Shown piece by piece: positions 39,626 to 50,712 of a stretch of DNA of 58,510 nucleotides. A program made the translations under genes and the position numbers. Source of the DNA: Acaryochloridaceae cyanobacterium VAR_48_metabat_390 (GTDB lineage Bacteria > Cyanobacteriota > Cyanobacteriia > Thermosynechococcales > Thermosynechococcaceae). The first letter of the stretch is position 1. Each line of letters starts with the position of its first letter. The stretch is from positions 1 to 58,510 of the forward strand of contig JANPLU010000036.1 of NCBI GenBank assembly GCA_031422435.1. The letters run 5' to 3'. The notes below the pieces were generated by a model. That model was not told where the DNA came from. It searched no databases and saw nothing but the letters and a program-made list of their open reading frames with translations.

Positions 39626-40132
39626 ATGACACTTAACGAATCTAAAGATAATCAGCAAAAGCCTGATTTTGTTGATACTCAAAACGTTGCTTCCACGTCA
39701 AAAGTTTTGAAAGAAGAAGTAATTTCTTTGTTAGAAGAACGATTGATGGTTGATTTTACTCGTCGCAAAGTGGGTGAAATTATCGTTCGCAAAGAAATTG
39801 AAACGCATGTTTTACAGGTGCAGGTGCCAGTTCGACGTGAAAAGCTCATTGTGGAACAGATTAGTCCAGAGTATAAGAAGCTTGCCGAAGTTGATTTAGG
39901 ACAAACTGATACTTCTCCAGGAGATATTGAAACCCACCACAGAGATGGGTTTTGTCAAAGCACTTACCCTACTGTCTGTGGTGAACTTAAGTCGCCTAAA
40001 GCTGCTAGCGATCTGTTGAATCAAATTTCTAACACACCTTCTCACGGTTGTAAAATTATTCGGATTGAAATTGTTCTTGAAAATTTAAGTCACCAAAAGA
40101 CCTATGAAGAATTATTTAAAGGCTACAGCTAA
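39626..40132 (+). CDS. DUF2382-domain protein
   Basis: LLEERL..RRKVGEIIVRKEIET..VPVRREKLIVE. Confidence 0.82.
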   Translation: MTLNESKDNQQKPDFVDTQNVASTSKVLKEEVISLLEERLMVDFTRRKVGEIIVRKEIETHVLQVQVPVRREKLIVEQISPEYKKLAEVDLGQTDTSPGDIETHHRDGFCQSTYPTVCGELKSPKAASDLLNQISNTPSHGCKIIRIEIVLENLSHQKTYEELFKGYS

Positions 40133-40260
40133 GTCTAAATATATTCCTAATTGAGCATAAAGAATCTTTCTAATTCTAGATAACGGTAAAAACTCATAGC
40201 ACTATCTTTATTTTATCAAGTGCACGTTTGTTTTTAAATGCTTGATTAAAGGAGTTAAAA

Positions 40261-40707
40261 ATGAATTTATTTCAACACAGTCGCAAGTTAGCTGTGGCTT
40301 TATCGCTTGTTCTGATGTTGGTGGTAACTACTGCTTGTGGGACTAGCACAATGCAACCTCCACAGGCAAGCCTTCCGGCAGTGGTTAGTCAAAACGCTGG
40401 ATATAGACAATTAGAGCGAGGAAACTCAGCGACGGGACAAGACTTTGGTAACTGGGTAGTAGAAGCGAGTAAAGGCTTAGTAAAGGATGCTTATGTCCGA
40501 GATAACAACAAACTAGGTGTAGTTGTCTCTCCTCAAGTTCGTCCTGATGAAGTAAAAGATTTAGCAAAATCTCTTGCCCAGGGCTTTCGGAAAAATTTTC
40601 CAAACCAAGATCTAACGGTTTTGATGTATGCCCCCGACAAAAAGTTGATTCTTACAGCTCTTTATGATTCTCAATCTAAGCAAGTTGAATTTAAACAGGC
40701 TACCTAG
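40261..40707 (+). CDS. Conserved lipoprotein
   Basis: Lipobox TTAC; RBS AAGGAG; DAYVRDNNKLGVV. Confidence 0.8.
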   Translation: MNLFQHSRKLAVALSLVLMLVVTTACGTSTMQPPQASLPAVVSQNAGYRQLERGNSATGQDFGNWVVEASKGLVKDAYVRDNNKLGVVVSPQVRPDEVKDLAKSLAQGFRKNFPNQDLTVLMYAPDKKLILTALYDSQSKQVEFKQAT

Positions 40708-40760
40708 CTTGCAGCACAATTTGCCCTAACTCATGTGGTCTAAATTTTAAGGAGAAAAGA

Positions 40761-41279
40761 ATGTCTAGCAGTGATGAATACAAACGCCAGGTTATGAAAG
40801 ATCTATCAGGCGGCAATACAGAGAGCCTTGACGATGATTCTAATTCATCGGACAGCTACCAGAATTTTGACGATTTTGCGCAACGCTCTTCTAGAGATGA
40901 GCGCCATCAGCTCTTTAGCAATTCTTTTCATCCCGACCGCATCCCTGCCAGTCAAATGGAGCCGGAGCTACAGAAGGCGATCGCCCAAATTCAACCCAAT
41001 GAGCGAGACGACGTTGCCAAGTCGTTTTTTAGCCATCTTAAAAAGAAAGGCTTAAAGGAACGCGATCTAGAGCATCAGCTTGGGCTATCAACCCATGACC
41101 CCAAACACATGAGTGCCGATGATGTGGCGAAGTTAGCGGGCTTTGCCTACCACAATCACTCTGATGTCTTTCAAGACGTCTTAGCAGATCGGCCTGCACT
41201 GGTGAAATTTCTGAGCAATCCTATGATTGGGGCGGCTTTGGGTGCGATCGCCGCAAAGTGGATGGGAGGACGGAAGTAG
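40761..41279 (+). CDS. Hypothetical protein
   Basis: RBS AAGGAG; acidic N-terminus; C-terminal glycine-zipper-like helix. Confidence 0.75.
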   Translation: MSSSDEYKRQVMKDLSGGNTESLDDDSNSSDSYQNFDDFAQRSSRDERHQLFSNSFHPDRIPASQMEPELQKAIAQIQPNERDDVAKSFFSHLKKKGLKERDLEHQLGLSTHDPKHMSADDVAKLAGFAYHNHSDVFQDVLADRPALVKFLSNPMIGAALGAIAAKWMGGRK

Positions 41280-41307
41280 TCAGCTAGCGTTTAGGCTAAG
41301 AAGTATC

Positions 41308-41341
41308 AAAAGTGGTCGGTCATTGAGGACTGACCACTTTT
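41308..41341 (+). terminator. Rho-independent terminator
   Basis: AAAAGTGGTCGGTC / GACTGACCACTTTT stem. Confidence 0.8.
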
Positions 41342-41439
41342 CGGTGAATGCTGAAAACAGTTGGCGCAGTAGTGCTGGTTCCATTCCCATTTTCTGATCT
41401 TTCTGACGAACGATATATGCTTAAGTCTTTGGCTCAATC

Positions 41440-42564
41440 ATGCATGAGTATTTTGCAACGGTGGCGCGGGGTTTAGAAGCGATCGCAGCGCAGGAGTTAG
41501 AGCAGCTTGGCGCTCATGCTGTAACACCAGGGTTTTGCGGGGTTGCCTTTGAGGGCGATCGCGCCCTGCTCTATCGCATTAACCTATGGGCAAGGCTACC
41601 ATTTCGGATTTTGGTCAAGCTCAAAGAATTCCCCTGTCAAGATTCTGAGGATCTGTATCGCGGCATCCAAACCCTAGACTGGTCGAACTATCTCACGCCA
41701 GAGTTTACTATAGCCGTCAACGCCACGGGCAAAAGCGATCGCCTGAACCACACCCACTTCACGGCACTTCAGGTCAAAAACGCCATTGTCGATCAGCAAC
41801 AGGCTACCCACGGCGATCGCTCTAACGTCGATACTCAAGAACCCGACGTGCAAATCAGCGTCCATATCGATCAAGACTGCTGCACCGTTAGCCTCAATAG
41901 CTCCGGCGGTAGCCTCCATAAGCGGGGCTACCGTCCGGCGGTTGGGGCAGCCCCCCTTAAAGAATCTTTGGCGGCGGCTTTAATTCAGATGTCAGGCTGG
42001 CAGGGCGATCAGGCATTTTACGATCCGCTCTGTGGCTCCGGTACGCTACCCCTAGAGGCCAGTCTGAAGGCGCTCAACATCGCGCCAGGGTTATTCCGCG
42101 ATCGCTTTGGGTTTGAAACGTGGCCTGACTTTGATTTACCCCTATGGAATACGCTTTTGCAGGAGGCGGAGGAAAGCCAGCGCGATCACCTAGAGGCTTC
42201 CATTGGCGGGAGCGATCGCAATGGGGAGGTAATTGAACAGGCGATCGTCAATGCCCAAAACTGCGGCGTTGAGAATCACGTCTGGTTTGCGGAGATGGAT
42301 TTGGCTGAAGTATCCGCTCCGGCTGACAACGGCGTATTGTTTTGCAACCCACCCTATGGCGAACGGCTGGGTCAAGATACGGACTTGGGTGCCTTTTATA
42401 AGCTGTTGGGCAATGTGCTGAAGCAGCATTTTAAGGGCTGGACGGCCTTTGTGTTGAGCGGCAATAAAGAACTTTCCCAGTCGATTGGATTAAAATCGTC
42501 TCAACGAACGAATGTTTTGAACGGATCTTTACCCTGCCAGCTCATGAAATACGAGCTGTATTAA
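41440..42564 (+). CDS. THUMP-domain rRNA methyltransferase (RlmL-like)
   Basis: LHKRGYR, APLKESLAA, DPLCGSGT, NPPYGER. Confidence 0.92.
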   Translation: MHEYFATVARGLEAIAAQELEQLGAHAVTPGFCGVAFEGDRALLYRINLWARLPFRILVKLKEFPCQDSEDLYRGIQTLDWSNYLTPEFTIAVNATGKSDRLNHTHFTALQVKNAIVDQQQATHGDRSNVDTQEPDVQISVHIDQDCCTVSLNSSGGSLHKRGYRPAVGAAPLKESLAAALIQMSGWQGDQAFYDPLCGSGTLPLEASLKALNIAPGLFRDRFGFETWPDFDLPLWNTLLQEAEESQRDHLEASIGGSDRNGEVIEQAIVNAQNCGVENHVWFAEMDLAEVSAPADNGVLFCNPPYGERLGQDTDLGAFYKLLGNVLKQHFKGWTAFVLSGNKELSQSIGLKSSQRTNVLNGSLPCQLMKYELY

Positions 42565-42596
42565 GGAAAGTTAGGATGAATGCCTGATTCAGAGCG

Positions 42597-43361
42597 CTAA
42601 CCTACCAGAAATTCACCGACTGCCCGAAACACCTCATTGCGTTCTCGGTCTAGGGTAATGACGTGATCAGATTCTTTGAGCCAGAGAATTTGTTTATCAG
42701 TAGAACTAATCTGCTGATACAAAATTGAGGCACTGGCTGGGTCTACGACCGTATCTTTATGGGACTGCACAATCAGCATTGGGTTTTGCAGTTTAGAGAG
42801 CTTGGGCTGCACCAAACCCATTAGCTCAATAGCGCTACGGACTGCATCTAAATTAAAGGTGCTAAAAAATGCGGCGTTGCGCGCGAGTTTTTCGGTACTG
42901 GGGTCAGAGATAGGCAGCCGCAGCCGAGGTAAGTCACGAACCACATAGCCCAAAGTGTTGATATACACCTCTAAGGGAAATCCGTAGTACCACTCGTGCT
43001 TTAGACCTAGATAGGGAGCCATCATCACCAGTTTAAAAGTCGGCTGCTGCATCGCTAGGTTTAGCCCCAACAGGCATCCTGTCGAAAACCCCACCAGCGA
43101 GACTTTCTCATGGGTTTTGCTGAGCGTCAGGTAGGTTTCTAAAATGTGGGCATACCAGTCTTTCCACTGCGATCGCGGCATTTTTTTGCCTGGGGTATCG
43201 TGCCCTGGGTACAAAACGCTCTGCACCGTTAACCCAAGGCCATTGAGATGTTGACCTAGCCACTGCATTTCGTAAACCCCACCCCCTAGCCCGTGGAGCA
43301 GCAGACAGGCGTGAGTGGAATTGCCTGATAGCAAAAAAGGCTCGTTTTCTAGTATATTCAT
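42597..43361 (-). CDS. Alpha/beta hydrolase (carboxylesterase/monoacylglycerol lipase-like)
   Basis: LLHG, GFSTG nucleophile elbow, DTVV, SDHVITLD. Confidence 0.88.
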   Translation of the reverse strand: MNILENEPFLLSGNSTHACLLLHGLGGGVYEMQWLGQHLNGLGLTVQSVLYPGHDTPGKKMPRSQWKDWYAHILETYLTLSKTHEKVSLVGFSTGCLLGLNLAMQQPTFKLVMMAPYLGLKHEWYYGFPLEVYINTLGYVVRDLPRLRLPISDPSTEKLARNAAFFSTFNLDAVRSAIELMGLVQPKLSKLQNPMLIVQSHKDTVVDPASASILYQQISSTDKQILWLKESDHVITLDRERNEVFRAVGEFLVG

Positions 43362-43445
43362 TCAGATTTTGTTGAGATACTTATCTTTACCGTAACTTTT
43401 GCTTCAGAAGAGCGTCTACTGCAAAATAGCTTTTTTTAGTCATTA

Positions 43446-44816
43446 TTGCCGCAATTTTTCATGGACACTCTGCTAAAGATTTTTGAGCAAATTAAAAATT
43501 CTCAATTTGTCAGAATTTTACTGGTTTCGTTTTTGATTCTAGTGCTGCAAATTCCAACGGTGATGATGCAGGGGTTAGTGAGCGATCGCCAAACCCTTCG
43601 TCAAGAAGCCATTCGCGGCATTACTACTAAATGGGGCGCACAGCAAAAGGTTATTGGCCCTCAACTGGTGGTTCCATATATTAAGCGCTTACAGTCGTCC
43701 GGCAATACCCCACGATCTGAGGTCAAGCTAGGCATCTTTTTACCCCAGATGCTTGATATTGCTGGGGCAATGGATACTGAAACCCGCTATCGCGGCATTT
43801 TTGAAGTTCCAGTTTATAAGACTACCCTTACCCTTCGGGGTCAGTTTCAACGCCCAGACTTATCAACCTGGGGCGTGCGTCCAGAAGATATTTTATGGGA
43901 TCGTGCGGAACTCGCCTTACAAATTTCTGATGCTCACGCCATTCAAGATCAGGTAAAGCTGAGTTGGAATCAGAAGCAAATTGCGTTTTCACCTGGGCAA
44001 GGCAAACTGGGCGGCAATAATCCAGGTATCTATGCCAGTCTGAAGAACCAAATGACTGGGAATGCCTTTAAGTTTGAAGTGCCGTTGAAATTAAATGGCA
44101 GCGAACGCCTCACCTTTGCGCCCTTGGGTGAAGTGACTAAAGTTAGCCTAAAATCTAACTGGCGTGACCCTAGCTTTCAGGGGCTTTGGCTCCCCAGCGA
44201 TCGCTCTGTAACAGATAAAGGGTTTGAGGCTACTTGGAACATTCCGTCTTTAGGCCGTAACTATCCTCAGCAGTGGAATCAAGATAATCCTGTTAGGCAA
44301 GAAACGATTCAGGCTTCTGTTTTTGGCGTTGATCTCATTTCGCCCGTTGACAATTACCGGATGGCTTCACGCAGTATCCAGTACAACTTTTTGTTTCTAG
44401 TGCTAACGTTTGCAACCTTTTGGCTGTTTGAAGTCACCGTGCAGTTGCGGGTGCATCCCCTTCAATATTTGTTGGTGGGCGTAGCCATGAGCCTGTTTTA
44501 CTTACTTCAGCTTGCCTTGTCTGAGCATTTAGGTTTTAACTTGTCTTACCTTATTGCCAGTGTGGCAGTGGTTGTGATGATTAGCACCTATTCTGTTGCG
44601 GTACTGCGGGCAAAGCAACGGGCTGGTATTATTGGCGGCATGCAGGTGGCGCTTTATGGCTATCTTTACGTTGTTCTGGCAAACCAAGACTATTCACTGC
44701 TCATTGGCTCACTGGGTCTGTTTGGATTTTTGGCAGTGGTGATGTACTTAACCCGCCAAATTGACTGGTTTAATGTGAATCGAATTCCCACGCCTCCTAA
44801 TGAACCCCCCTCATAA
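43446..44816 (+). CDS. creD: Inner membrane protein CreD (probable start ATG 43461)
   Basis: RYRGIFEVPVY, PSFQG, VHPLQYLLVG, LALSEH, MYLTRQIDW. Confidence 0.92.
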   Translation: MPQFFMDTLLKIFEQIKNSQFVRILLVSFLILVLQIPTVMMQGLVSDRQTLRQEAIRGITTKWGAQQKVIGPQLVVPYIKRLQSSGNTPRSEVKLGIFLPQMLDIAGAMDTETRYRGIFEVPVYKTTLTLRGQFQRPDLSTWGVRPEDILWDRAELALQISDAHAIQDQVKLSWNQKQIAFSPGQGKLGGNNPGIYASLKNQMTGNAFKFEVPLKLNGSERLTFAPLGEVTKVSLKSNWRDPSFQGLWLPSDRSVTDKGFEATWNIPSLGRNYPQQWNQDNPVRQETIQASVFGVDLISPVDNYRMASRSIQYNFLFLVLTFATFWLFEVTVQLRVHPLQYLLVGVAMSLFYLLQLALSEHLGFNLSYLIASVAVVVMISTYSVAVLRAKQRAGIIGGMQVALYGYLYVVLANQDYSLLIGSLGLFGFLAVVMYLTRQIDWFNVNRIPTPPNEPPS

Positions 44817-44854
44817 ATTTACAGAAGGCTAAACTTTAGAACATTAAATGCAAA

Positions 44855-44887
44855 AAGGCGGGTGTTGAACCGCTCAACACCCGCCTT
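44855..44887. terminator. Terminator hairpin between convergent creD and ftsH
   Basis: AAGGCGGGTGTTGA / TCAACACCCGCCTT perfect 14-bp stem; T-tract on the minus strand. Confidence 0.85.
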
Positions 44888-44911
44888 AAATTTAACAATC
44901 CGTACTAGAAA

Positions 44912-46819
44912 CTATAGCTGGGGGACAAAAACCTCTTTGTCAGGCACAACCGTGTACTCTGCAACGATCTGCCGGAATTCTTCGCCGTCGATGGTTTCCT
45001 TTTCAATCAGCAGATCTACTAGGCGATCAATCACCGTTCGGTTTTCGCGCATAATGCGGATTGCGTCTTCGTAGGCGTGCTGAATGAGTTCGCGCACTTG
45101 GGCATCAATCCGTGAGGCAATCTCTTCAGAATACTCAGAGCGGCTCATCCAGTCACGCCCTAAGAACACTTCACCAGACTGGCTTTCAAGGGACAGAGGG
45201 CCAAGGTCAGACATCCCAAATCGAGTTACCATTTGACGCGCCATGCCCGTTACCTGCTGAAGGTCATTTCCAGCTCCAGTGGTGACTTCCGAGTCACCAA
45301 AGATAACGTACTCGGCAGCGCGACCGCCCAAAGCACCTACCATCCGCGCCTTAATTTGAGAGCGTGAAACGAGTCCTTGGTCTTCGGCAGGCGTAAACCA
45401 GGTCAACCCCTGAGCCTGACCCCGAGGCACTAACGTCACCTTCTGGAGCGGATCGTGGTTTTTAACCAGCGTTGCCACAATAGCGTGACCCACTTCGTGA
45501 TAGGCAATCAGGCGCTTGGCCTTTCCATCCGTTAAAGGTGTACCTTCCATCCCCGCAATCACGCGGTCTACGGCGGCATCCACCTCTAGCATGGTCATGG
45601 CATCTTTCCGACGACGGGCGGTTAGAATTGCCGCTTCGTTGAGTAAGTTGGCGAGATCCGCGCCACTAAAACCAGGGGTACGACGGGCGATCGCCTCTAG
45701 TGAAATATCATCTCCCAGCTTCTTGTCACGGGCATGAACCTCAAGCACTGCCAAGCGGCCTTTGATGTCTGGTGTATCCACCATAATCTGGCGATCAAAC
45801 CGACCGGGACGCAGCAGTGCGCTGTCTAGAACATCTGCGCGGTTGGTCGCTGCCACAATAATGATGCCGGAATTGCCTTCAAAGCCGTCCATTTCAGTGA
45901 GGAGCTGGTTGAGGGTTTGCTCGCGCTCATCGTTGCCGCCGCCAATACCAGCGCCTCGCTGACGACCCACTGCATCAATTTCATCAATAAAGATAATGCA
46001 GGGTGCGTTTTCTTTGGCTTTCTTAAATAGGTCACGCACACGGGATGCGCCCACGCCCACAAACATTTCGACAAACTCTGAGCCAGAGATGCTGAAGAAA
46101 GGCACGCCTGCTTCCCCTGCGATCGCCTTAGCCAGCAGAGTCTTACCCGTCCCAGGAGGCCCCACGAGCAGCACACCCTTCGGAATTTTTGCGCCCACTG
46201 CGGTAAAGCGCTCAGGCTTTTTCAAGAAGGTAACGACTTCCTGCAGCTCTTCTTTCGCTTCCTCAATACCTGCGACGTCATCGAACTTTACGCCCGTCTT
46301 TGCATCCATTTGAAAGCGCGCTTTGGACTTACCAAAGTTCATCGCCTGTCCAGGCCCACCAGGGACGTTGCTAGAGCGACGAAACAGAAAGAACAGACCA
46401 GAAATCAACACAATTGGGAAAATCAGGTTGCCCAGCAGCCCTAAAATTGCACCATTGTTGCGGATAGGATGCACGTCCAAATCAATGCCGAGATCTCGCA
46501 TCTTGGTGATGAACTGAGGCGTGGTGCCTGGTAGGTCAACCCGCGCCCGCTGAATGCGATCGCCTAACCCTGAAATGTCCTTATCAGAGTTGGTTTCGAT
46601 GATGGCAGTACGGCCTCCGTCAAACAAGTCAACCTTGTTGATGCGTCCCGCATCCAAATACTCTAGAAATCGCCCGTAGGTCATGCGAGAGTTTGCCGTA
46701 TTTCTAACGGAAGTCTCGGTACTGGGCACAGCAGCAAAAAAGCCTTGCCAAATAAAGAAACCTACAAGCAGGACGGGCAGTGTCCACAGCAGTGCTGTTT
46801 TCCAGGAAAATTTCTTCAT
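44912..46819 (-). CDS. ftsH: ATP-dependent zinc metalloprotease FtsH (FtsH2-like); start taken at MKKFSWK
   Basis: [24 protein letters not shown] zinc motif. Confidence 0.96.
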   Translation of the reverse strand: MKKFSWKTALLWTLPVLLVGFFIWQGFFAAVPSTETSVRNTANSRMTYGRFLEYLDAGRINKVDLFDGGRTAIIETNSDKDISGLGDRIQRARVDLPGTTPQFITKMRDLGIDLDVHPIRNNGAILGLLGNLIFPIVLISGLFFLFRRSSNVPGGPGQAMNFGKSKARFQMDAKTGVKFDDVAGIEEAKEELQEVVTFLKKPERFTAVGAKIPKGVLLVGPPGTGKTLLAKAIAGEAGVPFFSISGSEFVEMFVGVGASRVRDLFKKAKENAPCIIFIDEIDAVGRQRGAGIGGGNDEREQTLNQLLTEMDGFEGNSGIIIVAATNRADVLDSALLRPGRFDRQIMVDTPDIKGRLAVLEVHARDKKLGDDISLEAIARRTPGFSGADLANLLNEAAILTARRRKDAMTMLEVDAAVDRVIAGMEGTPLTDGKAKRLIAYHEVGHAIVATLVKNHDPLQKVTLVPRGQAQGLTWFTPAEDQGLVSRSQIKARMVGALGGRAAEYVIFGDSEVTTGAGNDLQQVTGMARQMVTRFGMSDLGPLSLESQSGEVFLGRDWMSRSEYSEEIASRIDAQVRELIQHAYEDAIRIMRENRTVIDRLVDLLIEKETIDGEEFRQIVAEYTVVPDKEVFVPQL

Positions 46820-46967
46820 ATATTCGCTGAACCTCTTTGATGATGAAGCTTCTAGAGCTTGGACACACGGAACGGACAAGAAGCATAAACTAAGTTTATG
46901 CACAGACACCATAACCCGCTATTTAGGTGAGTTGACCCAATCGCCTTAACACTCTAAACAGAAGCAT

Positions 46968-46995
46968 TAAGTAAAGTTTCTTAACTAAATTTAAC
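46968..46995 (-). promoter_or_regulatory. HLR1-like (RpaB) direct-repeat site upstream of ftsH2
   Basis: Minus strand GTTAAATT-ta-GTTAAGAA-ac-TTTACTTA versus consensus (G/T)TTACA(T/A)(T/A)-N2 repeats. Confidence 0.55.
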
Positions 46996-47174
46996 TTAAT
47001 TCTCAGGAATAGATCAACTGCCTTGTTTAATCTTTGTCCAAGGGTTAGACTCATGTCCCACGTTATCCTGCCTTAAGTGCAGAGCAGAAGTTCTGAGCAA
47101 AGATCTTCACAGACGGTCTCTTTTTCCAGCTCACGCAGCCAATTCTAGACAGCACCGTGCTAATCAAGATTGTT

Positions 47175-48362
47175 TTACATCTTGAAAGTAATCTGAGCCT
47201 GTCTCAGCCGACCCAACGCTTCCTCTAGCCGATCTTGGTCTGCAATTAGACTAATGCGCATGTAGCCTTCACCACCGGAGCCAAACGCATTTCCAGGCGT
47301 GACCACAATGCCCGTTTCCTGAAGTAATTTGAGGGCAAAGTCTGTCGATCCAGTGCCGACAGGGCAGGGTACCCAAAGGTACATCGTGGCCTTTGTTTTA
47401 GGAATACTCCAACCCAACTCTTCTAACCCTGCAATCAAAAAATCACGGCGATCACAGTAGCGTTTTTGCACCGTTTTTAAGTGGCTATCGGGCAAATTGA
47501 GGGCTGTCTCCGCAGCAGTTTGAAGTACGGAAAAAATGCCGTAATCTAGGTTTGTTTTGAGAGTGCGTAAACCCTGGATAATATCGCGGTTTCCCACCAC
47601 AAACCCCACGCGCCAACCCGCCATATTGTAGGTTTTAGACATGGTATGAAACTCTACGCCAATGTCTTTGCCGCCTGGAATTTCGAGCAGGCTCACGGGC
47701 TGATAGCCATCAAAGGCCAGCTCCGCGTAGCATAGGTCATGCACCAGCAAAATTTCGTACTTTTTAGCAAACTTCACCATCTCTACATAAAAATCGCGGG
47801 GAGCCACTGCCGCCGTGGGGTTAGAAGGATAGTTAAAGTACAGAATTTTTGCCCGTCGTGCTACATCCTCAGGGATTTTGCCCAGATCAATCAGCCAGTC
47901 GTTTTCAGCCGTCAGCAGCATGGGGTGGAGTTCACCTCCGGCGATCGCAGGCCCGCGAAAGTGCGGCGGGTACGCAGGGTTGGGCACCAGCACCACGTCC
48001 CCAGGGTTGATATAGGCCAAGGCCAAGTGGGTCAGCCCCTCCTTAGAACCCAAAAGGGGCAAGGCTTCACCATCAGGGTCTAGCTCCACTTGATAGCGGC
48101 GGTTGTACCAATCGGTGATGGTTTTGCGAAAGCTGGCGGTGCCTTCAAAAGGCGGGTAGCCGTGGTTGCTAGGGATTTCCATTGCGGCGATCGCCGCTTC
48201 AATCACCTCTCGGGGGGCAGACCCATCGGGGTTGCCCATGCCGAGGTCAATGAGGTCAATGCCTTGGGCGCGGGCACTAGCCTTTAGCTCATCCAGGCGC
48301 GCAAATACATAGGGAGGAAGCGCCTTGAGGCGTTCTGCCGGACTAATCCAATCTAAGGTCAT
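47175..48362 (-). CDS. PLP-dependent aminotransferase class I/II (LL-DAP/aspartate aminotransferase-like)
   Basis: DLGMGNPD, GSKEG, NYPSNPT, SKTYNMAGWRVG. Confidence 0.92.
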   Translation of the reverse strand: MTLDWISPAERLKALPPYVFARLDELKASARAQGIDLIDLGMGNPDGSAPREVIEAAIAAMEIPSNHGYPPFEGTASFRKTITDWYNRRYQVELDPDGEALPLLGSKEGLTHLALAYINPGDVVLVPNPAYPPHFRGPAIAGGELHPMLLTAENDWLIDLGKIPEDVARRAKILYFNYPSNPTAAVAPRDFYVEMVKFAKKYEILLVHDLCYAELAFDGYQPVSLLEIPGGKDIGVEFHTMSKTYNMAGWRVGFVVGNRDIIQGLRTLKTNLDYGIFSVLQTAAETALNLPDSHLKTVQKRYCDRRDFLIAGLEELGWSIPKTKATMYLWVPCPVGTGSTDFALKLLQETGIVVTPGNAFGSGGEGYMRISLIADQDRLEEALGRLRQAQITFKM

Positions 48363-48364
48363 TC

Positions 48365-49549
48365 CTAATTCTCGTGGGCGGCAATAGAGTGAGGGGGAAA
48401 CGTAGCTGCCTGCTCTGGGGCGGACGTGAGATGAGTCGGTGCAGTGGTAGACACCATTGCCGCGAGCAATTCCGCAGGCGTGACCGCAAAGGGCAGATGG
48501 TGTAAATCTGAACCAGGCGAACAGGCAACCTGAGCCGCTTGATCTAAGCGATCAAGCGCAATACCCCCCAAACCTAAATCCGTCAGCGTCAGCGGTAGGC
48601 CAATCGCTTGATAAAACTTAGTAAGCTGCTGACGTGCCGTGACGGCTAACTGGCTATTTTGCAGCATCTCTTCGAGTCGTAGCTGTACCAAAATACCGTA
48701 GGCTACTTTTTCACCGTGAAGACTGGCATGATTGTTGTCTAAGTGCGTTAGCCCATTATGCACCGCATGGGCTGCAACCGTTCGGCACTGGGCACCACCG
48801 ATGCCCCCAATTACGCCCGCCATCAGCACTGTTGCATCTACGACTTCTTGCCATATCGCTGAATTCGGGTTGGCAATCGCCTCCCCTGACTTTTGCAGCA
48901 AAATGTCCCGTAATACCCTCGCCTGCTGCACAGCCGCAATGATCATCGTCTGCTGAGAATGCCCGCTGCTCACAGAGGCTTCATACCACTTTGCCAAGGC
49001 ATCGCCAATGCCAGCAATAAGCGTCTGAACGGGAGCCGTTGCAATAATGTCGTAATCTAGCAGCAGTACGTTGGGGCACTGCGGTAGCCCGACGTCATAC
49101 TGAAAAGCGCCATCTTCTGTATATACATTTGATAAAGCCGTCCAAGCAGCGCAAGTTGCCGCCGACGTGGGAATGGTCACCACGGGCAAGCCGCACTGAT
49201 GAGCTAGCAGCTTGGCAGCATCCAAGACTTTACCGCCACCGACCCCAATTACCACGTCGGCTTTGTGGGCAACTGCCGCCTGTTTGAGCCGGTTCAGGCT
49301 TTCATCTGTGCAGGCATTTTTACACGAGACTTCACGACTGACGAGAGACTGCTGCTCTAGCGCACCTTGGAGGGTGGGGCGCACGGCATCCAGCGATCGC
49401 ACCCCCCCTACAATCAGCGGTCGGGTACCCAGACGGGCAATGATTGACCCCGCCTGTTGCAAAAGCTGAGCGCCCCGAAAAACCTGGGCAGGGGCGATCG
49501 CAAGGACAGTTGGAGAAGCGGATGGATAAGTCAAAGTAGGGTGTGACAT
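48365..49549 (-). CDS. Glycerol dehydrogenase-like (iron/zinc-containing ADH family)
   Basis: GVGGGKVLD, PTSAATCA, GDALAKWYE, AHAVHNGLT, HGEKVAYG. Confidence 0.9.
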   Translation of the reverse strand: MSHPTLTYPSASPTVLAIAPAQVFRGAQLLQQAGSIIARLGTRPLIVGGVRSLDAVRPTLQGALEQQSLVSREVSCKNACTDESLNRLKQAAVAHKADVVIGVGGGKVLDAAKLLAHQCGLPVVTIPTSAATCAAWTALSNVYTEDGAFQYDVGLPQCPNVLLLDYDIIATAPVQTLIAGIGDALAKWYEASVSSGHSQQTMIIAAVQQARVLRDILLQKSGEAIANPNSAIWQEVVDATVLMAGVIGGIGGAQCRTVAAHAVHNGLTHLDNNHASLHGEKVAYGILVQLRLEEMLQNSQLAVTARQQLTKFYQAIGLPLTLTDLGLGGIALDRLDQAAQVACSPGSDLHHLPFAVTPAELLAAMVSTTAPTHLTSAPEQAATFPPHSIAAHEN

Positions 49550-49653
49550 CCCTCCATCGTAAACGCTTCAGTCATCCTCGATCAAGAGAATAGAGACGAA
49601 TTGCGATCGCTGTGGCCTCAGCCGCCCCTACCGTCCGATTCATCTCGCCAGAT

Positions 49654-50667
49654 TTACACAGAAGCGGCTGCAAACGCTTTCGCAGACTTAGGCTTCACAA
49701 AGACGGTCTGCTCGACCTCAACCTCCAGTCCGTCAAACTTCTCGCGGCTGAAATGTGCCGTAACGATTTGCTGATCCGCCAGCAGTAACTCCACCTGAAT
49801 TTCCCAGCCCAAATGGATAATGCGATTCACCTTTGCTGGAACGGTTGCCCCATTCGGGGAGGTTTCAATATCAATATCGTGCGGGCGGATATAAAGCTCA
49901 GCATCAGTAATATGGGTGCCGTTTTCACCAAAAAGTTTGGTATTGCCAGACAACACATTGACGGGGCCAATAAAGCTCATAACAAAAGGGCTGGCAGGGT
50001 TGTCGTACACGTCGGCTGGGGAACCCACTTGCTCAATGCGCCCATGATTCATAATCACGATGTCATCCGCCACTTCCATAGCCTCCTCTTGGTCGTGGGT
50101 GACAAAGACGCTGGTGACGTGGAACTCATCATGTAGGCGCCGCAGCCACGCCCGCAGCTCTTTTCGCACTTTGGCATCTAGGGCGCCAAAGGGTTCGTCC
50201 AGCAGCAGCACATCTGGCTTAACCGCTAAAGACCGCGCCAGGGCAACCCGCTGCCGTTGCCCGCCCGAAAGCTGAGACGGGTAGCGATCGCCCAACCCCT
50301 GAAGCTGCACCAATGCCAATAACTCTTCGACCCGCGCCTTAATTTCAGCGCGGGGTGCTTTGCGAATTTCGAGGCCAAACCCAATATTTTGGCGGATTGT
50401 CAAATGCTTAAACAGCGCATAGTGCTGGAACACAAAGCCAATATTGCGGCGGCGCACATCTAGATTGGTGGCGTGTTGACCGTTGATATAAATCTGGCCT
50501 GTATCTGCCGTCTCTAACCCCGCAATCACCCGCAGCAGAGTAGATTTCCCGGAACCCGAAGGCCCCAGCAGCGCAATCAGTCCCCCATCCTTCACCTCTA
50601 AATTAATGTTGTCTAAAGCATGGAAATCACCGAAGTGTTTTGAGACATTTTCAACCAGAATACTCAT
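49654..50667 (-). CDS. cysA: Sulfate ABC transporter ATP-binding protein
   Basis: [23 protein letters not shown]-terminal TOBE domain. Confidence 0.95.
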   Translation of the reverse strand: MSILVENVSKHFGDFHALDNINLEVKDGGLIALLGPSGSGKSTLLRVIAGLETADTGQIYINGQHATNLDVRRRNIGFVFQHYALFKHLTIRQNIGFGLEIRKAPRAEIKARVEELLALVQLQGLGDRYPSQLSGGQRQRVALARSLAVKPDVLLLDEPFGALDAKVRKELRAWLRRLHDEFHVTSVFVTHDQEEAMEVADDIVIMNHGRIEQVGSPADVYDNPASPFVMSFIGPVNVLSGNTKLFGENGTHITDAELYIRPHDIDIETSPNGATVPAKVNRIIHLGWEIQVELLLADQQIVTAHFSREKFDGLEVEVEQTVFVKPKSAKAFAAASV

Positions 50668-50712
50668 AATATTTTCCTTTAAGCGTGAATTAGTAATTTA
50701 AATGCAGCGGAT

